From Balanoglossus misakiensis (Eukaryota; Animalia; Hemichordata): a DNA stretch of 64,000 nucleotides. Every line of letters begins with the position of its first letter. The stretch's first letter is position 1. Made by a program: the position numbers and the translations under genes. The stretch covers positions 4,851,097-4,915,096 of the forward strand of contig CM082598.2 in NCBI GenBank assembly GCA_040954595.2. The letters are read 5' to 3'. Below are positions 62,044 through 64,000 of this stretch, piece after piece. Below the pieces are notes generated by a model. That model saw only the letters and a program-made list of their open reading frames with translations, searched no databases and was not told the origin of the DNA.

Positions 62044-63549
62044 ATGGTGGGCCCTCACAGTACTGCCAACACAATGCCGAAACTGAGCGTCATACTCGCC
62101 GTTGGGATCGCCTTTTCGGTGGGAACTCTGCTCGGGACTTACCTACAGCTGCCGAATACGGCTAACCAAGAGTTTATCTACTCTGAAACGGGGAAACGAA
62201 GCCTCGAAGAGAATAGACCCGTCATTGATTTCAACGTCAGGAACCCGAGGGCCATACGCCGCCCGTCCGCCATTTTAGACTCATCGGAGCAGCTATTCAG
62301 CGGCGGTTTATCTAACGGATCAAAAACCACTACATTTCAACACACTCTTGAAAATAAGCCACTTAGTAAACACGGGACGACACAAAGTAAGGAATCAAAT
62401 TCGGCGGAGAGTTCTCAAAAGACGAGGGGAAGGACGAGAAACAGGGAAGGTATCGGAGTGCGCGAAGGCGAGCGACGCGCGTATAGCGGCGTTCGTCATC
62501 ATGAACAGACGACAACCACTGCCACGCCGAAGGAGACGGCTGAAGAAATGGTGATTCAGAAAAATATCACCAAATCGCCATTTCATTCTTGGAACAACCC
62601 GGGCATCTTATCGAACGGTATTTATTGGAGCGGGTACCTGGAGAATCTGACCCCGCGCGGTTTCGACGACAAGCACGTCCGGGAGTGGATGAACTTCGCT
62701 CGCAATTCATCAATCGTTCGCATGGCAGACGGCTGCGGAAGGATGCAGAACCGCCTGCTGACTTTTCAAAATGGAAGCCAGACCTGTTGCCGTTACAGGC
62801 AGAACATGGACCAGTTGCAAGGGGAGGTGTTCTCCTACTACCTGTCCCGGTTGCTGGGGATCAGGAACGTCCCCCCGCTGGCCTTGAGTCTGGTGCGAAG
62901 CGGTGACTGGCAGTGGTCGGGAATCAGCGAGGAGATTCCCGCCGCCGAGTGGAAGGAGAATAAAATTGTGATTTTAACCGAGTGGATCAACAACCTCACC
63001 CCGGCCTTTATTCCGAAACAGTTCAGGGGAGACGACAGAAAACTGCATCCAACTCGTCAGAATCTGGAAGTTATGACACTACAGGAGCTAGTCGAATTGG
63101 TACAGTGGTCAGACTTGATTGTTTTCGACTATCTGACGGCCAATTTCGACCGCGTCGCCAACAACATGTTCAACCGACAGTGGAACGAGTTCATCATGGA
63201 TGGACCGACGCACAACCTGGACAAAATCGCCAACGACGGAACCCTGGTTTTCTACGACAACGAGTCCGGTCTCCTGCACAGCTACCGTCTGCTGGAGAAG
63301 TACGCGCATTTCCACGACTCGCTCCTCAACTCGCTGTGCGTGTTCAGAACCGCCACCGCGGACGCCATTAGGCGTTACCATGAACAACAGACGATCGGCG
63401 ACGCGCTGTGGGAACTGTTTCAGAAAGAGGAACCCCTCTACAGGGAACTCCCACGCCTACCCAGGGGTAACGTAGAAACCCTCAACAAAAGAATTGGCGA
63501 AGTTTACCAACAGATCAAAAAATGCGAATCTATGTACAGAACAAACTAA
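62044..63549 (+). CDS. FJX1: Four-jointed box protein 1-like Golgi kinase, intronless (start 62044 or 62074)
   Basis: Type II TM anchor; GIYWS...GF...W, GCGRMQNRL, QGEVFSYYL, SDLIVFDYLTANFDR, HNL and DNESGL motifs of four-jointed. Confidence 0.95.
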   Translation: MVGPHSTANTMPKLSVILAVGIAFSVGTLLGTYLQLPNTANQEFIYSETGKRSLEENRPVIDFNVRNPRAIRRPSAILDSSEQLFSGGLSNGSKTTTFQHTLENKPLSKHGTTQSKESNSAESSQKTRGRTRNREGIGVREGERRAYSGVRHHEQTTTTATPKETAEEMVIQKNITKSPFHSWNNPGILSNGIYWSGYLENLTPRGFDDKHVREWMNFARNSSIVRMADGCGRMQNRLLTFQNGSQTCCRYRQNMDQLQGEVFSYYLSRLLGIRNVPPLALSLVRSGDWQWSGISEEIPAAEWKENKIVILTEWINNLTPAFIPKQFRGDDRKLHPTRQNLEVMTLQELVELVQWSDLIVFDYLTANFDRVANNMFNRQWNEFIMDGPTHNLDKIANDGTLVFYDNESGLLHSYRLLEKYAHFHDSLLNSLCVFRTATADAIRRYHEQQTIGDALWELFQKEEPLYRELPRLPRGNVETLNKRIGEVYQQIKKCESMYRTN

Positions 63550-64000
63550 AAAATCGAACAAAATACACACAAACCAAAGAAACGCCATCTTATGTGCAAT
63601 GATCGACTCCATATCAATATATTTTTAATTTTTAAAAAGTCTGTGATTATTGGCAATCATATCAGAAAGATGATTTATTTATTATCGGATTTGAAGACAG
63701 GGTGTGAGTGATATCGAAGAAGAGATGTATAAATTATTGAATAATTGTTGAAACTTTAGGGTATATGATACCCCGCCATTGTTGACAATCACAAATTTAA
63801 CCTCGAGCTGTTTTTGTCTTCTGGTTAACCTGAAACGCCTTCATTTTAAGCCATGTTTCCCCAAAAGCCACCTTGTAGTGTATTGTGTAAAAGCCTGTAA
63901 TGTTTAGAATTACTATTCATTTAGTCGGAGTATGTTAAACTTGCCAGCTATTAAGCGATTTGTTCTTTTGTCGACCGACCGAACGAGGCGGCCATATTGG

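Overview
Intron-rich animal genomic DNA with GT-AG introns, microsatellites and MITEs. The gene content suggests a marine invertebrate deuterostome such as a hemichordate or echinoderm (inference only). Genes in order, spliced by hand: the 3' half of a divergent SLC13 transporter (+); a WSCD-family sulfotransferase without WSC domains (-); a histamine N-methyltransferase-like gene (-); three secreted phospholipase A2 genes, one with His48->Arg; a RERG/RASL11/12-like GTPase (-); a ~13 kb stretch with no recognisable gene; an 11-exon MTCH2 (-); four tandem intronless class I SAM-methyltransferase-like genes (+); and an intronless four-jointed/FJX1 kinase (+). The most unusual element is the methyltransferase array. 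Its four paralogs share a conserved Rossmann core, but each carries an unrelated 73-100 aa Pro/Arg-rich or Cys-rich segment at the same position after motif I.
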